Below, piece by piece: positions 29,711-39,187 of a DNA stretch of 64,000 nucleotides. Source of the DNA: Sphingomonadaceae bacterium (GTDB taxonomy: Bacteria > Pseudomonadota > Alphaproteobacteria > Sphingomonadales > Sphingomonadaceae); assembly GCA_046348625.1 (NCBI GenBank), contig JAXMDX010000010.1, positions 32,055 through 96,054 on the forward strand, written 5' to 3'. Below the pieces are notes generated by a model, which was not told the DNA's origin, did not search any database, and saw only the letters and a list, made by a program, of their open reading frames with translations. Positions within the stretch are counted from its first letter, which is position 1. Every line of letters starts with the position of its first letter. Made by a program: the position numbers and the translations under genes.

Positions 29711-31165
29711 ATGACACTGGATCCGCACGATTGGGGTGCCGCACATGCAACGGCGCGGCGGATGGTCGATGACATGCTGCACTGGCAGGAAACAGTCAGG
29801 GACCGCGCGCCGTGGCAGCCCGTGCCCCAGGATGTGAAGGACCGGCTTGATGAGCCCGTTCCCCATGCAGGGATGCCTCTCGACGAGGTCTATGACGCAT
29901 TTGTTCGAGACATATTGCCCTATCCGACGGGCAATGTTCATCCGCGTTTCTGGGGCTGGGTCATGGGCACAGGCTCCCCGACGGGAATGCTGGCCGAAAT
30001 GTTGGCTGCAGGCATGAATGCCCATTTGGCAGGCTATGACCAGTCTGCGTCCCTTATCGAGAAGAAGGTATTGTCCTGGCTCACGGATTTGATGGGTTTT
30101 CCTGAAACCGCCAGTGGCGTTTTGGTGAGCGGCGGCACCGCCGCCAATCTGAACGGCCTTTTGGCGGCCCGTGTGGCAAAGGCGGGATGGGACATACGCG
30201 AAGAGGGGCTCCACGCCGGACCGCCGCTGGTTGTCTATGGCAGCAGTGAAACACACAGCTGGGCCGGCAAGGCATGCGAAACCATGGGCATGGGGCGCAA
30301 GGCATTCAACGCGATTGCGGTCGACGCCGAGTATCGGCTCGATCTTGCGGCTTGCCGATCCGCGATCCTGACAGACATTGCATCGGGGCTGCGGCCAATT
30401 GCCATCATCGGCAATGCCGGTACCGTCAATACAGCGGCCGTGGATGATCTGAACGGGATCCGGGCGTTGGCCGATGAATTCGGATTGTGGTTTCACGTGG
30501 ATGGCGCCTTTGGATCGTTGGCGGCATGGTCGGCCAGTCGCGATCTTGTCTCAGGCCAGGAACTGGCCGATTCGATTGCGTTCGATCTGCACAAATGGGG
30601 GTATCTCCCCTATGAAGTCGGGGTTGTTCTGACCCGGGACAGCGAAGCCCAGCTGGCCGCTTTCCAACCGGTCGCGGGGTCAGCTGCCTATTTGCAGTCG
30701 TCGCAAAAGGGCATTTCGGCCGATACAACCTATTTTGCAGATCGCGGATTGCAGCTGTCGCGCGGATTCCGTGCACTCAAAGTCTGGATGTCGATGAAAG
30801 AGCATGGCGCTGAACGCATCGGGCACGCGATTCAGGACAACATTGACCAGGCGCACTATCTTGGCCGGCGGGTCGAAGCCACCGCCGCGCTGGAGCTGCT
30901 CGCCCCTGTCTCGATGAACATCGTGTGCTTTCGCTATGCCCCGCCCGACATTCCCGAGTCGCTTCTAAACCGGCTCAATCAGGCAATCCTGACCGAATTG
31001 CAGGTGCGTGGTATTGCAGTCCCGTCGCAGACGGTTCTGGCCAATCGCTTCGCCATCCGCGTCTGCATTACGAACCATCGCACCGAACTCGACGATCTTG
31101 ATGCGCTGGTTGAGGCAGTATTGGCGATCGGGGAAGAACTTTCGTCAGTGCAGCATCTGCCATAG
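29711..31165 (+). CDS. group II pyridoxal-phosphate-dependent (aromatic/amino-acid) decarboxylase
   Basis: 484 aa. PLP-lysine context DLHKWGYLPYEVG is present, with SGGTAANL and HVDGAFG. Substrate cannot be assigned from sequence. Confidence 0.85.
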   Translation: MTLDPHDWGAAHATARRMVDDMLHWQETVRDRAPWQPVPQDVKDRLDEPVPHAGMPLDEVYDAFVRDILPYPTGNVHPRFWGWVMGTGSPTGMLAEMLAAGMNAHLAGYDQSASLIEKKVLSWLTDLMGFPETASGVLVSGGTAANLNGLLAARVAKAGWDIREEGLHAGPPLVVYGSSETHSWAGKACETMGMGRKAFNAIAVDAEYRLDLAACRSAILTDIASGLRPIAIIGNAGTVNTAAVDDLNGIRALADEFGLWFHVDGAFGSLAAWSASRDLVSGQELADSIAFDLHKWGYLPYEVGVVLTRDSEAQLAAFQPVAGSAAYLQSSQKGISADTTYFADRGLQLSRGFRALKVWMSMKEHGAERIGHAIQDNIDQAHYLGRRVEATAALELLAPVSMNIVCFRYAPPDIPESLLNRLNQAILTELQVRGIAVPSQTVLANRFAIRVCITNHRTELDDLDALVEAVLAIGEELSSVQHLP

Positions 31166-31180
31166 TCACGGTTTCGAATC

Positions 31181-31579
31181 TCAGGGCCGGGTCGCCTGGT
31201 CGCTCGTCAATGGCTTGGGGCCAAAAACATTCAGGTTCCTCGGCATCGTCCATGCGATGCCGAACAGGAAATCCTCACTCACGGCATGTCCCGCCGCATC
31301 CCGAGCAGCCTTGAAACGCAATCCCATGGCAGCCGCACAGGTTGCTGCGTCGAGCAAGTCGGAGCCGCTGCTCCTGAAGGTCTTGCAGTCTTGCGGACCG
31401 CCTTTTTCATTGACCATGAACCTCACGATTGCCGTGCCTTCGGTCTTCGCCTTGCGTGCATCTGCGGGATAGAGAGTATCACTGATGCTGCCGCCGATCA
31501 CGGCGGCGTGCGTCCTGATAGCTGGTACGGCTGGGTCGATCACCGACGTCGCGGCACCAAGCAACAGCATGGCGATCAT
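31181..31579 (-). CDS. exported TonB C-terminal-domain-like protein
   Basis: 132 aa with an N-terminal hydrophobic signal. YPADARKAKTEGTAIVRFMVNEKGGPQDCK resembles the TonB_C fold (YP..A...EG.V.v.f.V...G). Confidence 0.5.
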   Translation of the reverse strand: MIAMLLLGAATSVIDPAVPAIRTHAAVIGGSISDTLYPADARKAKTEGTAIVRFMVNEKGGPQDCKTFRSSGSDLLDAATCAAAMGLRFKAARDAAGHAVSEDFLFGIAWTMPRNLNVFGPKPLTSDQATRP

Positions 31580-31583
31580 CGGT

Positions 31584-32450
31584 TCATGCCCCCGCCTTTA
31601 AACGCGCATATTGCTGCGTTCCGCGCGTGATGACCCGGTCCTCGGGCAATATCTCTGCAATCGCGACATCGGAAAGAGTGTCCAGCCGGTCATAAAGCGG
31701 ACCGAAATCCGTCTCCACCGTGACGTTGAGCAAATGTTCGAGGCTCGGGATGACAAAATAATTCTGCTGGAAATCGTCGATCCGGTATTCTGTCCGCATC
31801 ATTCTGAGCAGATCGAAGCCGATCCGGTTCGGGCTCGGATCGTCAAGCGCAAAGACGCTTTCGCCATAGCTGGACACAATGCCTGCGCCATAGATGCGCA
31901 AGGCGCCTGCTTCCTCGATCAGGCCGAACTCGACCGTGTACCAATAGAGCCGCGCCAGCTTGTGCAGCGCGCCGAAGCCCAATGAGCGCAGCCCGCCCTT
32001 GCCATAAGCGACCATGTAATCGGCAAAGACCGGGTCGGCGAGCATCGGCACATGGCCGAAAACGTCATGGAAGACGTCCGGTTCCTTCAGATAATCGAGC
32101 TGGTCGGGGCGACGGATGAAATTGCCCGCCGGGAAGCGACGGTTGGCAAGATGATCGAAAAACACGTCGTCGGGAACAAGTCCCGGCACCGCCACAACCT
32201 GCCACCCTGTGGCGGCCATGAGAGTTGCGTTGAGCTCTCGATAATCGGGGATGCCCGGGCGGCCGAGTTTCAGGACATCGATGCCGCGCATGAACGCACT
32301 TGCCGCACGGCCCGGCAACATCGCGCACTGACGTGCAAACAGCCGATCCCACATGGCGTGCTCATCAGCGCTGAACGCATCCCAGTCTTGCGGGATCGTC
32401 CAGTCGGGCGCAGCGCCCGGTGGCGGCACATCATGGACATGTTCAAACAT
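31584..32450 (-). CDS. phhA: phenylalanine 4-hydroxylase
   Basis: 288 aa. The iron-binding region PDVFHDVFGHVPMLADP and the downstream YWYTVEFGL are typical of bacterial PhhA. Confidence 0.92.
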   Translation of the reverse strand: MFEHVHDVPPPGAAPDWTIPQDWDAFSADEHAMWDRLFARQCAMLPGRAASAFMRGIDVLKLGRPGIPDYRELNATLMAATGWQVVAVPGLVPDDVFFDHLANRRFPAGNFIRRPDQLDYLKEPDVFHDVFGHVPMLADPVFADYMVAYGKGGLRSLGFGALHKLARLYWYTVEFGLIEEAGALRIYGAGIVSSYGESVFALDDPSPNRIGFDLLRMMRTEYRIDDFQQNYFVIPSLEHLLNVTVETDFGPLYDRLDTLSDVAIAEILPEDRVITRGTQQYARLKAGA

Positions 32451-32615
32451 GGCTGAAGACTACCAGCCACAGTGTATGGCGTCCATCCGCATGACCATTC
32501 CATACAAGACTTCCCGGGTCCGATATGTTAACCGGCTGCCTGCAAGACAGAGGCTGTGATGGGAAACACAGCCCGAGGACTCTTCCCTGCGCTATGCAGG
32601 CCCGAGGAGATGACG

Positions 32616-33044
32616 ATGCGATCGATCTATACATTCATCCTGTCCGCCGCCCTGTGCGGCATCGGCCAGTCCGGTGCGGCGTGGGCCAAACAGGCTTCGG
32701 CGGAGGCGCAAGGCGCGGCCCCTGCAAGCACAGCGACGATCATGGCCTACAAGCGCGATCCGCTCGCCATTTATGACGATACGGGCAGCAAGCTGCGGGA
32801 CGTGCCGCAAAAGGACATGCCGAAGGCCCAGTCGCCCGCGGCCCGCGTTGTTGGCACGAAACCGGGATTTGTCTCCATCATGCTTGCGGGCAAGCCGGTC
32901 TGGCTGCGTCTCACGATGGTCGACTATGTGGGTGACCTGCCGACACCGCCGTGTGACAAGGTTGCCGTGCAAATGGCCATGAACGAGGAAGAGGGGGTCG
33001 AACGATCACTCGGCCTGGGCTGCGCCAAGCCAAAGGCAAAATAG
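32616..33044 (+). CDS. hypothetical exported protein
   Basis: ORF 32556..33044 trimmed to ATG 32616, with GAGGAG 6 nt upstream. Signal peptide is MRSIYTFILSAALCGIGQSGAAWA. No known domain recognised. Confidence 0.5.
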   Translation: MRSIYTFILSAALCGIGQSGAAWAKQASAEAQGAAPASTATIMAYKRDPLAIYDDTGSKLRDVPQKDMPKAQSPAARVVGTKPGFVSIMLAGKPVWLRLTMVDYVGDLPTPPCDKVAVQMAMNEEEGVERSLGLGCAKPKAK

Positions 33045-33064
33045 GCCGTGATCATGCACAAGGA

Positions 33065-34819
33065 ATGACGATGGCTCCGATCATCCGCTTCCTGACTGCC
33101 AGCCTGATTGCCGGGACACTCCTGATGCCTGCCGCCCCCCTGCCTGCGCAAGCGCCGGCCTGCCGCGCGCCAGCCGCAGGAACACTGCCGAAGCCCGCCA
33201 AGGTTCCCAAGAAGGATCGCGGCAAATTCTCGGTCGAAGCGGCGCCGCGTCTGTCCACATTGGTCGCCCAGGCGATTTGCGACTCCGAAGCAAAGATGGT
33301 CGCCGACAGGAGCATGATGCCGCAAGGTGCGGCGCTCGGCATTTCGAACCAGGTGCTGAACACGGCAGCCGGGCGCCTCGAACTCATGGCGCTGCCCGGA
33401 GTGGAGAGCGAGCTGCAAAAGGCACTCGCTGCGTTTGCCCGAAGCTGGCCCTACGCACCCTTGCCGCGGCCACCCCGCATCCTGTTTCGCGCAAGTGATT
33501 CCTATGATGCCTATGCTCTGCCGGACAATACCATCGTCCTGTCGACCGGCATTCTCCAGGCCGCGGACTCGGATTCGGAAGTCCTGTTCGTGCTGGCGCA
33601 TGAATATGCCCACCTCTTGCTGGGCCATCATTTGTCGCCAACCGTAAACAGCGGCGGGAACGCCCAATTGCTGGGCGCCGTTTCGACTGTCTATGTTGCA
33701 GGGTCGCTCGTATCCCAGCTGCGCTCCAGCCGGGGATCCCTGTCGGCGATGGACGTGAACAGGGTCGATGACGCAACCAGAAAAGCCGCGACCCTGACCG
33801 AATCTCTCCGCTTTGCACTGGATGACATCTTCACGCCCAGCTGGAGCCATGAACAGGAAGACGAGGCTGATGCTGTCGCGCTGGACCTGCTCATCCGGTC
33901 CAACAGCAGTATCGACAGTTACGCGAACGTCTTTGCCCGACTGCAAAAAATGATGGATCAGCAAACTGCTTCCCGCGCGAAGGGTAAGGCCACGGCCGAA
34001 AGCTCGCAGAAGGCGCTTGAGGCATCGTTGAAGCAAATCGGGTCCCTGCAATTGCTGGGAGCGGTCACCTCTGGCAGCACGCGCGGTCTTGCCTGGATGG
34101 GCGGCAAGCTTGCTCTCGGCCTCGGGGCCTCCGCGCTCTCGAACTCGGCGAATGCGGTCCCGAAAGACACGCACTTGCCCCCCGAGGAACGCCGCAAGGG
34201 GCTCGCCGCCTATTTCCAGGCGGGCTATCCGACGGCAGACCCGCCGATCGACACCGGCGCCATGGTCAAGCGGTACAAGGCCCTGCCGGACTACAAGCGC
34301 GCGATTGCGCTCAAGGACACCTATCTGAAGGCGCGGCAGGCCTATTTTTCAATGGACTTCCCCGGGGCGATCACCCTGCTCAAGGGAATAGGGGCAGGAA
34401 CGAAGACGGCGCCGACCTTTGTCAATTTCATGGCCGCGCTGGCAGCGCGCGATATGGGCAACAGCGCGCAGGCCAAGCTCTATTATGAGGCCGCACGAAC
34501 CGGGACAGGCGTCCCCAATGTGCAACTGTTCGAAAGCTATGCAGAAGCGCGGATTGCGGACCGCGACTTTGCCGGATCGCAGCTCGTGCTCAACGATGCC
34601 CTCAAACGTTTTCGCGATACAGATCATTTCCGCAGCATCCTGATCGAGCGCTCGGTCGCGGAAGGCAATGATGCCGTGGCGTCCAGCGACTATTCCTCCT
34701 GCCAGCAGGTCAAGGGGCGCGACTATATCCCAGCGCGTTGCAAGGCGGCCTATCCGCAGGCAGCGGCAGCGGAGGCAGCGAAAAAGCCGCGGATCCGGAT
34801 CCCTGGCCTGCCCTTCTGA
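33065..34819 (+). CDS. exported M48-family zinc metallopeptidase with helical-repeat C-terminal half
   Basis: 584 aa. Signal peptide-like N-terminus is MTMAPIIRFLTASLIAGTLLMPAAPLPAQA. HEYAH lies at nt 33599-33613 (LAHEYAHLLLGH), followed by EQEDEAD (third ligand, ExxAD). The C-terminal half looks TPR-like, as in BepA. Confidence 0.8.
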   Translation: MTMAPIIRFLTASLIAGTLLMPAAPLPAQAPACRAPAAGTLPKPAKVPKKDRGKFSVEAAPRLSTLVAQAICDSEAKMVADRSMMPQGAALGISNQVLNTAAGRLELMALPGVESELQKALAAFARSWPYAPLPRPPRILFRASDSYDAYALPDNTIVLSTGILQAADSDSEVLFVLAHEYAHLLLGHHLSPTVNSGGNAQLLGAVSTVYVAGSLVSQLRSSRGSLSAMDVNRVDDATRKAATLTESLRFALDDIFTPSWSHEQEDEADAVALDLLIRSNSSIDSYANVFARLQKMMDQQTASRAKGKATAESSQKALEASLKQIGSLQLLGAVTSGSTRGLAWMGGKLALGLGASALSNSANAVPKDTHLPPEERRKGLAAYFQAGYPTADPPIDTGAMVKRYKALPDYKRAIALKDTYLKARQAYFSMDFPGAITLLKGIGAGTKTAPTFVNFMAALAARDMGNSAQAKLYYEAARTGTGVPNVQLFESYAEARIADRDFAGSQLVLNDALKRFRDTDHFRSILIERSVAEGNDAVASSDYSSCQQVKGRDYIPARCKAAYPQAAAAEAAKKPRIRIPGLPF

Positions 34820-34861
34820 GCGCAATTGACAGCGGGACCCCTGCGCCCGACTGTTGCAGGT

Positions 34862-37800
34862 ATGAACCGCTGGCTATCCGCATTGCTCCTGATCGGCATC
34901 AGTGCCGGCCCATGCGGCGCACAGGCAATCGACCGCCCCGGAACGCTTGAGGCGCTGACGGACCAGATTGAAACGGCAACGGCAAAGCACCGCTGGACGG
35001 ATGCAATCCTGCTCGGGCAAAAGGCGCTGGCCATTGAGGAGGCGACCAAGGGCCAGAACGATCCCGAAGTTGGCGGAACATTGATGCTGATCGCGGGCTG
35101 GATGCGCGAGCTGGACCGCAATGCCGAAGCAGAGCCCCTGCTGCGCCGCTCGCTGCAGATCTTCGAGCAGAACTACGGCAAATCCAATACATTCACGATT
35201 TCCGCGTCCAACAACCTTGCCGCCACCCTTGAGTCACTCGGTCGGCTCGACGATGCAAACCGGCTCTACGCGCGCACGCTGGACACGATGGTGCAACGTT
35301 ATGGCCCGTCTCACCGGCTGACGGCAATCAGCACCAACAACCTCGCGTTCAACCTTGCCCGGCAGGGTCGCTATCAGGACGCGCAGCCACTCTATGACAG
35401 GGCGTTGAAGATCGGCCGGGCAACGATGGACGATGACGATCCCGAACTTGCCCGGATCGAAAACAATGTTGCGAGCAACCTCACGGCCCGTGGCCGCTAC
35501 CTGCAAGCCGAACCGCTCTACAACCATGCCCTGAAGATTCGTCTTGCCATCCTGGGCCCCGACGATCCGGACGTTGCGACAAGCTACAACAGCCTCGCAT
35601 TCAACCTCTCGGCGCAGGGTCGCCATGACGATGCCGCGCCCCTTTTTGCGCGTGCGCTGGCCATCCGGGAGAAAGTCAGCACCGACGACCGGCGCGCAGC
35701 CACCAGCTACAACAATGTCGCCCACAATCTCAATGCGCGCGGGCGGCTGGCAGAGGCTGCACCCCTCTATGCACGGGCCCTGTCCATCTGGCAGAAACTC
35801 TACGGCGAACAGAATGCCCTGACGGCGATTGGCCTCAGCAATGTCGCGACCAACCTGGAGGCGCAGGGCAGGATCGTCGACGCACAGCCACTGTTCGAGC
35901 GCGCGCTGAAAGCAAGGCTGGCCGTGCTCAACCCCAGCCATCCGGACGTTGCGGGCAGCTATTTCAAACTGGCCCATAATTTTCGCCTGCAGGGCAAGTT
36001 CACGGATGCCGAGCCGAATTATCTGCGGGCGATTGGAATCCGGCGGAAAGTGCTCGGGCCGCTTCATCCTGATCTCGCCCTCGCGCTGGCGGATTATGCG
36101 GAACTGGCCCTCGACATGGGCCCCACGCGCAGCGCCGACGCCTTGAAACTCTCACGTGAGGCCGCGAGCATCGCCCGCACCCGCCGGAACCAGAGCCTCA
36201 GTGGAGAAGCAGCGGGCGATAGCGGCACCGAACAACAGGCACTGGCACGCGCGCAAGGCGCCGATGCAGGCCGGATCGATCCGCTGGCACGCAGTTTCGG
36301 CACACTCCTCGAGTCGGACTGGATGCGCGCCGGTGCCGCTGCGAATGAGGCCGAGATGCTGAAGGCCGAGGGTTTTGAAGCCGCACAGGATATGGAAACC
36401 TCGGTCGCCGCGCTGACCATGGCACAGACCGCGGCACGCACGGCAGCCGGCACCGGCCCGCTGACGGAGCTGGTCCGCCAGCAGCAGGACCTGTCGGCCA
36501 GGGGTCGCGAGCTCGATCATCGGCTCCTGACGGCTCTCGCGACGGGAAACCAGCCGGAGGCGGACAGGCTGCGGACCGAAATCCAGCAAACAGGTGAAGC
36601 CCTGTCTGCCGCAGATGGGGCACTGCGCCGCCAATTCCCGGATTATGCCGAACTGGTCCAGCCGCGCGCCCTGTCCGTGGCGGATACCCGCAACCGGCTT
36701 GCCAACGATGAAGCGCTCTTGCTGATTGTCCCGGTCGGCGATGACATCTTCAGCTTCGGAATTTCGAAGGACAAGGTCAGCTGGCACCGTGCAACCGGCA
36801 AGACGGCGAGTGCGATCAAGGCCATCGGGCTTTTGAGATGCCAGATCGATCCGGGGCCCTGCGCCGCGTCCCTGAGCGAGGAAGAACTCACCGCAGGTGC
36901 ACCGCCCAACTCCCCTTTCCTCGCCGACCAGTTGGCAGCGTATGACCGCGCGCGCGCCTACGCACTTTACCGCGATCTTGTTGCGCCCGTGGAGTTGGCC
37001 TTTGCCGGAAAGGCGAAGCTGTTCGTGACGGTGACCGGCGGCTTGAGCGGCCTGCCGCTCGGTGTGCTGATCACCGAGCCACCGAAAGCGGGAGAAGACA
37101 GCGCGGACCCCTCAGTCCTTGCAAACTCGGCCTGGCTTGCGGATCGCTATGCCATAATTGGCCTGCCCTCTGTTTCAGTCTTGCGCGCCGTCAAGCGAAA
37201 GCCCGTGGCAAGCCGCGCCGGGGAATCGTTTATTGGCTATGGCGCACCGGTCCTTGGCGGTGCTGCCGCCGGAAAGAAAACGCCAGCGGGAACACGCGTC
37301 TTCCACGCTGCCGACAGTGATGGGTCAACCTTGGCTGACCCTGATGTCCTCCGCCAGCTTGCGCCCTTGCCCGGCACGGCGCGTGAGTTGTCTGCAATGG
37401 CCGCTGTGTTCAAGGCCCCTCCCAGCGACATTCGGACGGGTGCTTCGGCAACGGAAACGGCTGTGCGCTCCGATGCAAACCTGGCGCAGGCGCGCGTCGT
37501 TGCCTTTGCGACGCACGGCATCCTTCCAAGGGAAGTCTCGGGGATCGAGGAGCCGGGACTGGTCTTCACCCCGCCTGCACTGGCCAGCACAGCAGACGAT
37601 GGCCTGCTTGCCGCATCTGAAGTGGCTCGGCTCACGCTTGTCGCGGACTGGGTGCTGCTTTCTGCCTGCAATACGGCGTCATCGGATGGCACACCCGGAG
37701 CGGACAGCCTGTCGAGCCTTGCGCGCTCGTTCCTTTATGCTGGCGCATCGGCCCTGCTGGCGAGCAACTGGCGCGTCTCCGACGAAGCGACCGCAGCGCT

Positions 37801-37987
37801 CACAGTTGAAACGCTCTCCAGCCGGTCTGGCAACGGAATCACACGGGCCGAAGCCCTGCAACGTGCCATGCGGGCGGTGCGCACGGGCAAGCGTGCCGAC
37901 GGCACGGCCATTCCCGGCTGGAATGAAAGCTGGGCCCACCCGGCCGCCTGGGGGGCCTTCACCGTGATTTCGAACGAAGACCGCTAG
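34862..37987 (+). CDS. exported TPR-repeat / CHAT-domain (caspase-like) protease
   Basis: ORF 34826..37987 trimmed to ATG 34862 (MNRWLSALLLIGISAGPCGAQA, signal peptide). Eight or more 42-aa TPR_10/12-type repeats follow (..NLA.NL..QGRY.DAEPLY.RAL.I..). The C-terminal CHAT dyad is AFATHG (His codon 37514-37516) and LLSACNTA (Cys codon 37667-37669). Confidence 0.85.
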   Translation: MNRWLSALLLIGISAGPCGAQAIDRPGTLEALTDQIETATAKHRWTDAILLGQKALAIEEATKGQNDPEVGGTLMLIAGWMRELDRNAEAEPLLRRSLQIFEQNYGKSNTFTISASNNLAATLESLGRLDDANRLYARTLDTMVQRYGPSHRLTAISTNNLAFNLARQGRYQDAQPLYDRALKIGRATMDDDDPELARIENNVASNLTARGRYLQAEPLYNHALKIRLAILGPDDPDVATSYNSLAFNLSAQGRHDDAAPLFARALAIREKVSTDDRRAATSYNNVAHNLNARGRLAEAAPLYARALSIWQKLYGEQNALTAIGLSNVATNLEAQGRIVDAQPLFERALKARLAVLNPSHPDVAGSYFKLAHNFRLQGKFTDAEPNYLRAIGIRRKVLGPLHPDLALALADYAELALDMGPTRSADALKLSREAASIARTRRNQSLSGEAAGDSGTEQQALARAQGADAGRIDPLARSFGTLLESDWMRAGAAANEAEMLKAEGFEAAQDMETSVAALTMAQTAARTAAGTGPLTELVRQQQDLSARGRELDHRLLTALATGNQPEADRLRTEIQQTGEALSAADGALRRQFPDYAELVQPRALSVADTRNRLANDEALLLIVPVGDDIFSFGISKDKVSWHRATGKTASAIKAIGLLRCQIDPGPCAASLSEEELTAGAPPNSPFLADQLAAYDRARAYALYRDLVAPVELAFAGKAKLFVTVTGGLSGLPLGVLITEPPKAGEDSADPSVLANSAWLADRYAIIGLPSVSVLRAVKRKPVASRAGESFIGYGAPVLGGAAAGKKTPAGTRVFHAADSDGSTLADPDVLRQLAPLPGTARELSAMAAVFKAPPSDIRTGASATETAVRSDANLAQARVVAFATHGILPREVSGIEEPGLVFTPPALASTADDGLLAASEVARLTLVADWVLLSACNTASSDGTPGADSLSSLARSFLYAGASALLASNWRVSDEATAALTVETLSSRSGNGITRAEALQRAMRAVRTGKRADGTAIPGWNESWAHPAAWGAFTVISNEDR

Positions 37988-38246
37988 GCCCTCAGGCGAT
38001 CATGCCCATGATGACAATGAACCAGCACACAAAGCTGACCCCGAAGAAGGCCAGATCAGTCAGTGGCTCCTTTGTGGCTGGAGGAGCCAGACGTTGAACG
38101 ACATGACTCCGGCGAAACGGGTGCCGCGCGGCTTCACTGGTCAGGACAAGCGCTCTTCTCACAGGAAGAGGTGTTAAGGATTTGTTGACCATAAAGACCA
38201 GCGGAAAAGCTGGTTAACGGGCCCTCGTGCCGGAGCGGGACAGTGT

Positions 38247-39041
38247 CTAGACGGAATTCTTGAGCCGCAAGCTGCGACGTATGATGAGCCAAGGCGCCCA
38301 ACGCGCCGCAAAGGCAATATTCTTGGCCGTCTTGCCGACCACTATGTGGACTTTCTTGCCATGCGCTGCATCCCACACTGCCTGGGCAACGGTTTCAACC
38401 GGCGTGAATTCAAGGCCGGCCTCCTTCACGCCTTCGCGCGCCGTCCTGTTGGATCCGGCGGCAGTGATGTCCAGCAAGGGCGTATCGATAAAGCTTGGCA
38501 TGATCGAACGCACCTTGATGCCATGTTCGGCCCATTCGAGGTTGAGCCCTTCTGTCAGCCCGCGCACAGCAAACTTGGTCGCGGAATAGGTGACGAGGCC
38601 CGGCGAACCATAAAGGCCGGCCGCCGAACAGGTGTTGACCAGGCAGGATCCGGGCGTCTGCTTCAGATAGTCGAGGCCTGCTTCCGCGCCGTGCAGGACG
38701 CCCTTGAAGTTGATATCGACCAGCAGGTCATTGTCTTCCGGCGAAGTCGCCTCGAACAACCCACCGCGCGCAATGCCGGCATTATTGAACAATATGTCGA
38801 GCCTGCCGCCCGAGGCGTCCCAGAATTCGGCCAGCGTCGTTTCCCATTGCCTGCGGTCCCGCACGTCCATGACATAGCTTGCGGATTGCCCTGCAGGCAG
38901 AAGTGCCGCTGTTTCGGCAAGGCCTGCCTTGTTGATATCGGCAAGACCGACAAACCAGCCGCGCCCGGCAAAAAACCGGGCCGTCGCCCGACCGATGCCC
39001 GAGCCGCCGCCTGTGATGAAAATCGCCTTGCGCGTGACCAT
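38247..39041 (-). CDS. SDR-family oxidoreductase
   Basis: ORF 38247..39080 trimmed to ATG 39041 (MVTRKAIFITGGGSGIGRATA). Catalytic YSATKFAVRG is present. Confidence 0.85.
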   Translation of the reverse strand: MVTRKAIFITGGGSGIGRATARFFAGRGWFVGLADINKAGLAETAALLPAGQSASYVMDVRDRRQWETTLAEFWDASGGRLDILFNNAGIARGGLFEATSPEDNDLLVDINFKGVLHGAEAGLDYLKQTPGSCLVNTCSAAGLYGSPGLVTYSATKFAVRGLTEGLNLEWAEHGIKVRSIMPSFIDTPLLDITAAGSNRTAREGVKEAGLEFTPVETVAQAVWDAAHGKKVHIVVGKTAKNIAFAARWAPWLIIRRSLRLKNSV

Positions 39042-39187
39042 GATGCAGACCTTCTTGCTTCCCTCATTATCTATGGTCATTGAACCGCGATGCCATCCCG
39101 TTTCAAGCCCCGACCGCGCTTTTTCTTATCTCAGGGGCTGGCCGGGGATTTGCGCTTTGTTCAACCTTTGCCAATAAGGCGCCACTC

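Noticed and set aside
37992-38192. 66-aa minus-strand ORF after the CHAT gene, with a hydrophobic C-terminus (LAFFGVSFVCWFIVIMGMIA).
   Set aside because: It could be a tiny membrane protein. However, the N-terminal two thirds look like non-coding translation, no family is recognisable, and there is no clear SD. The evidence is insufficient to call it.
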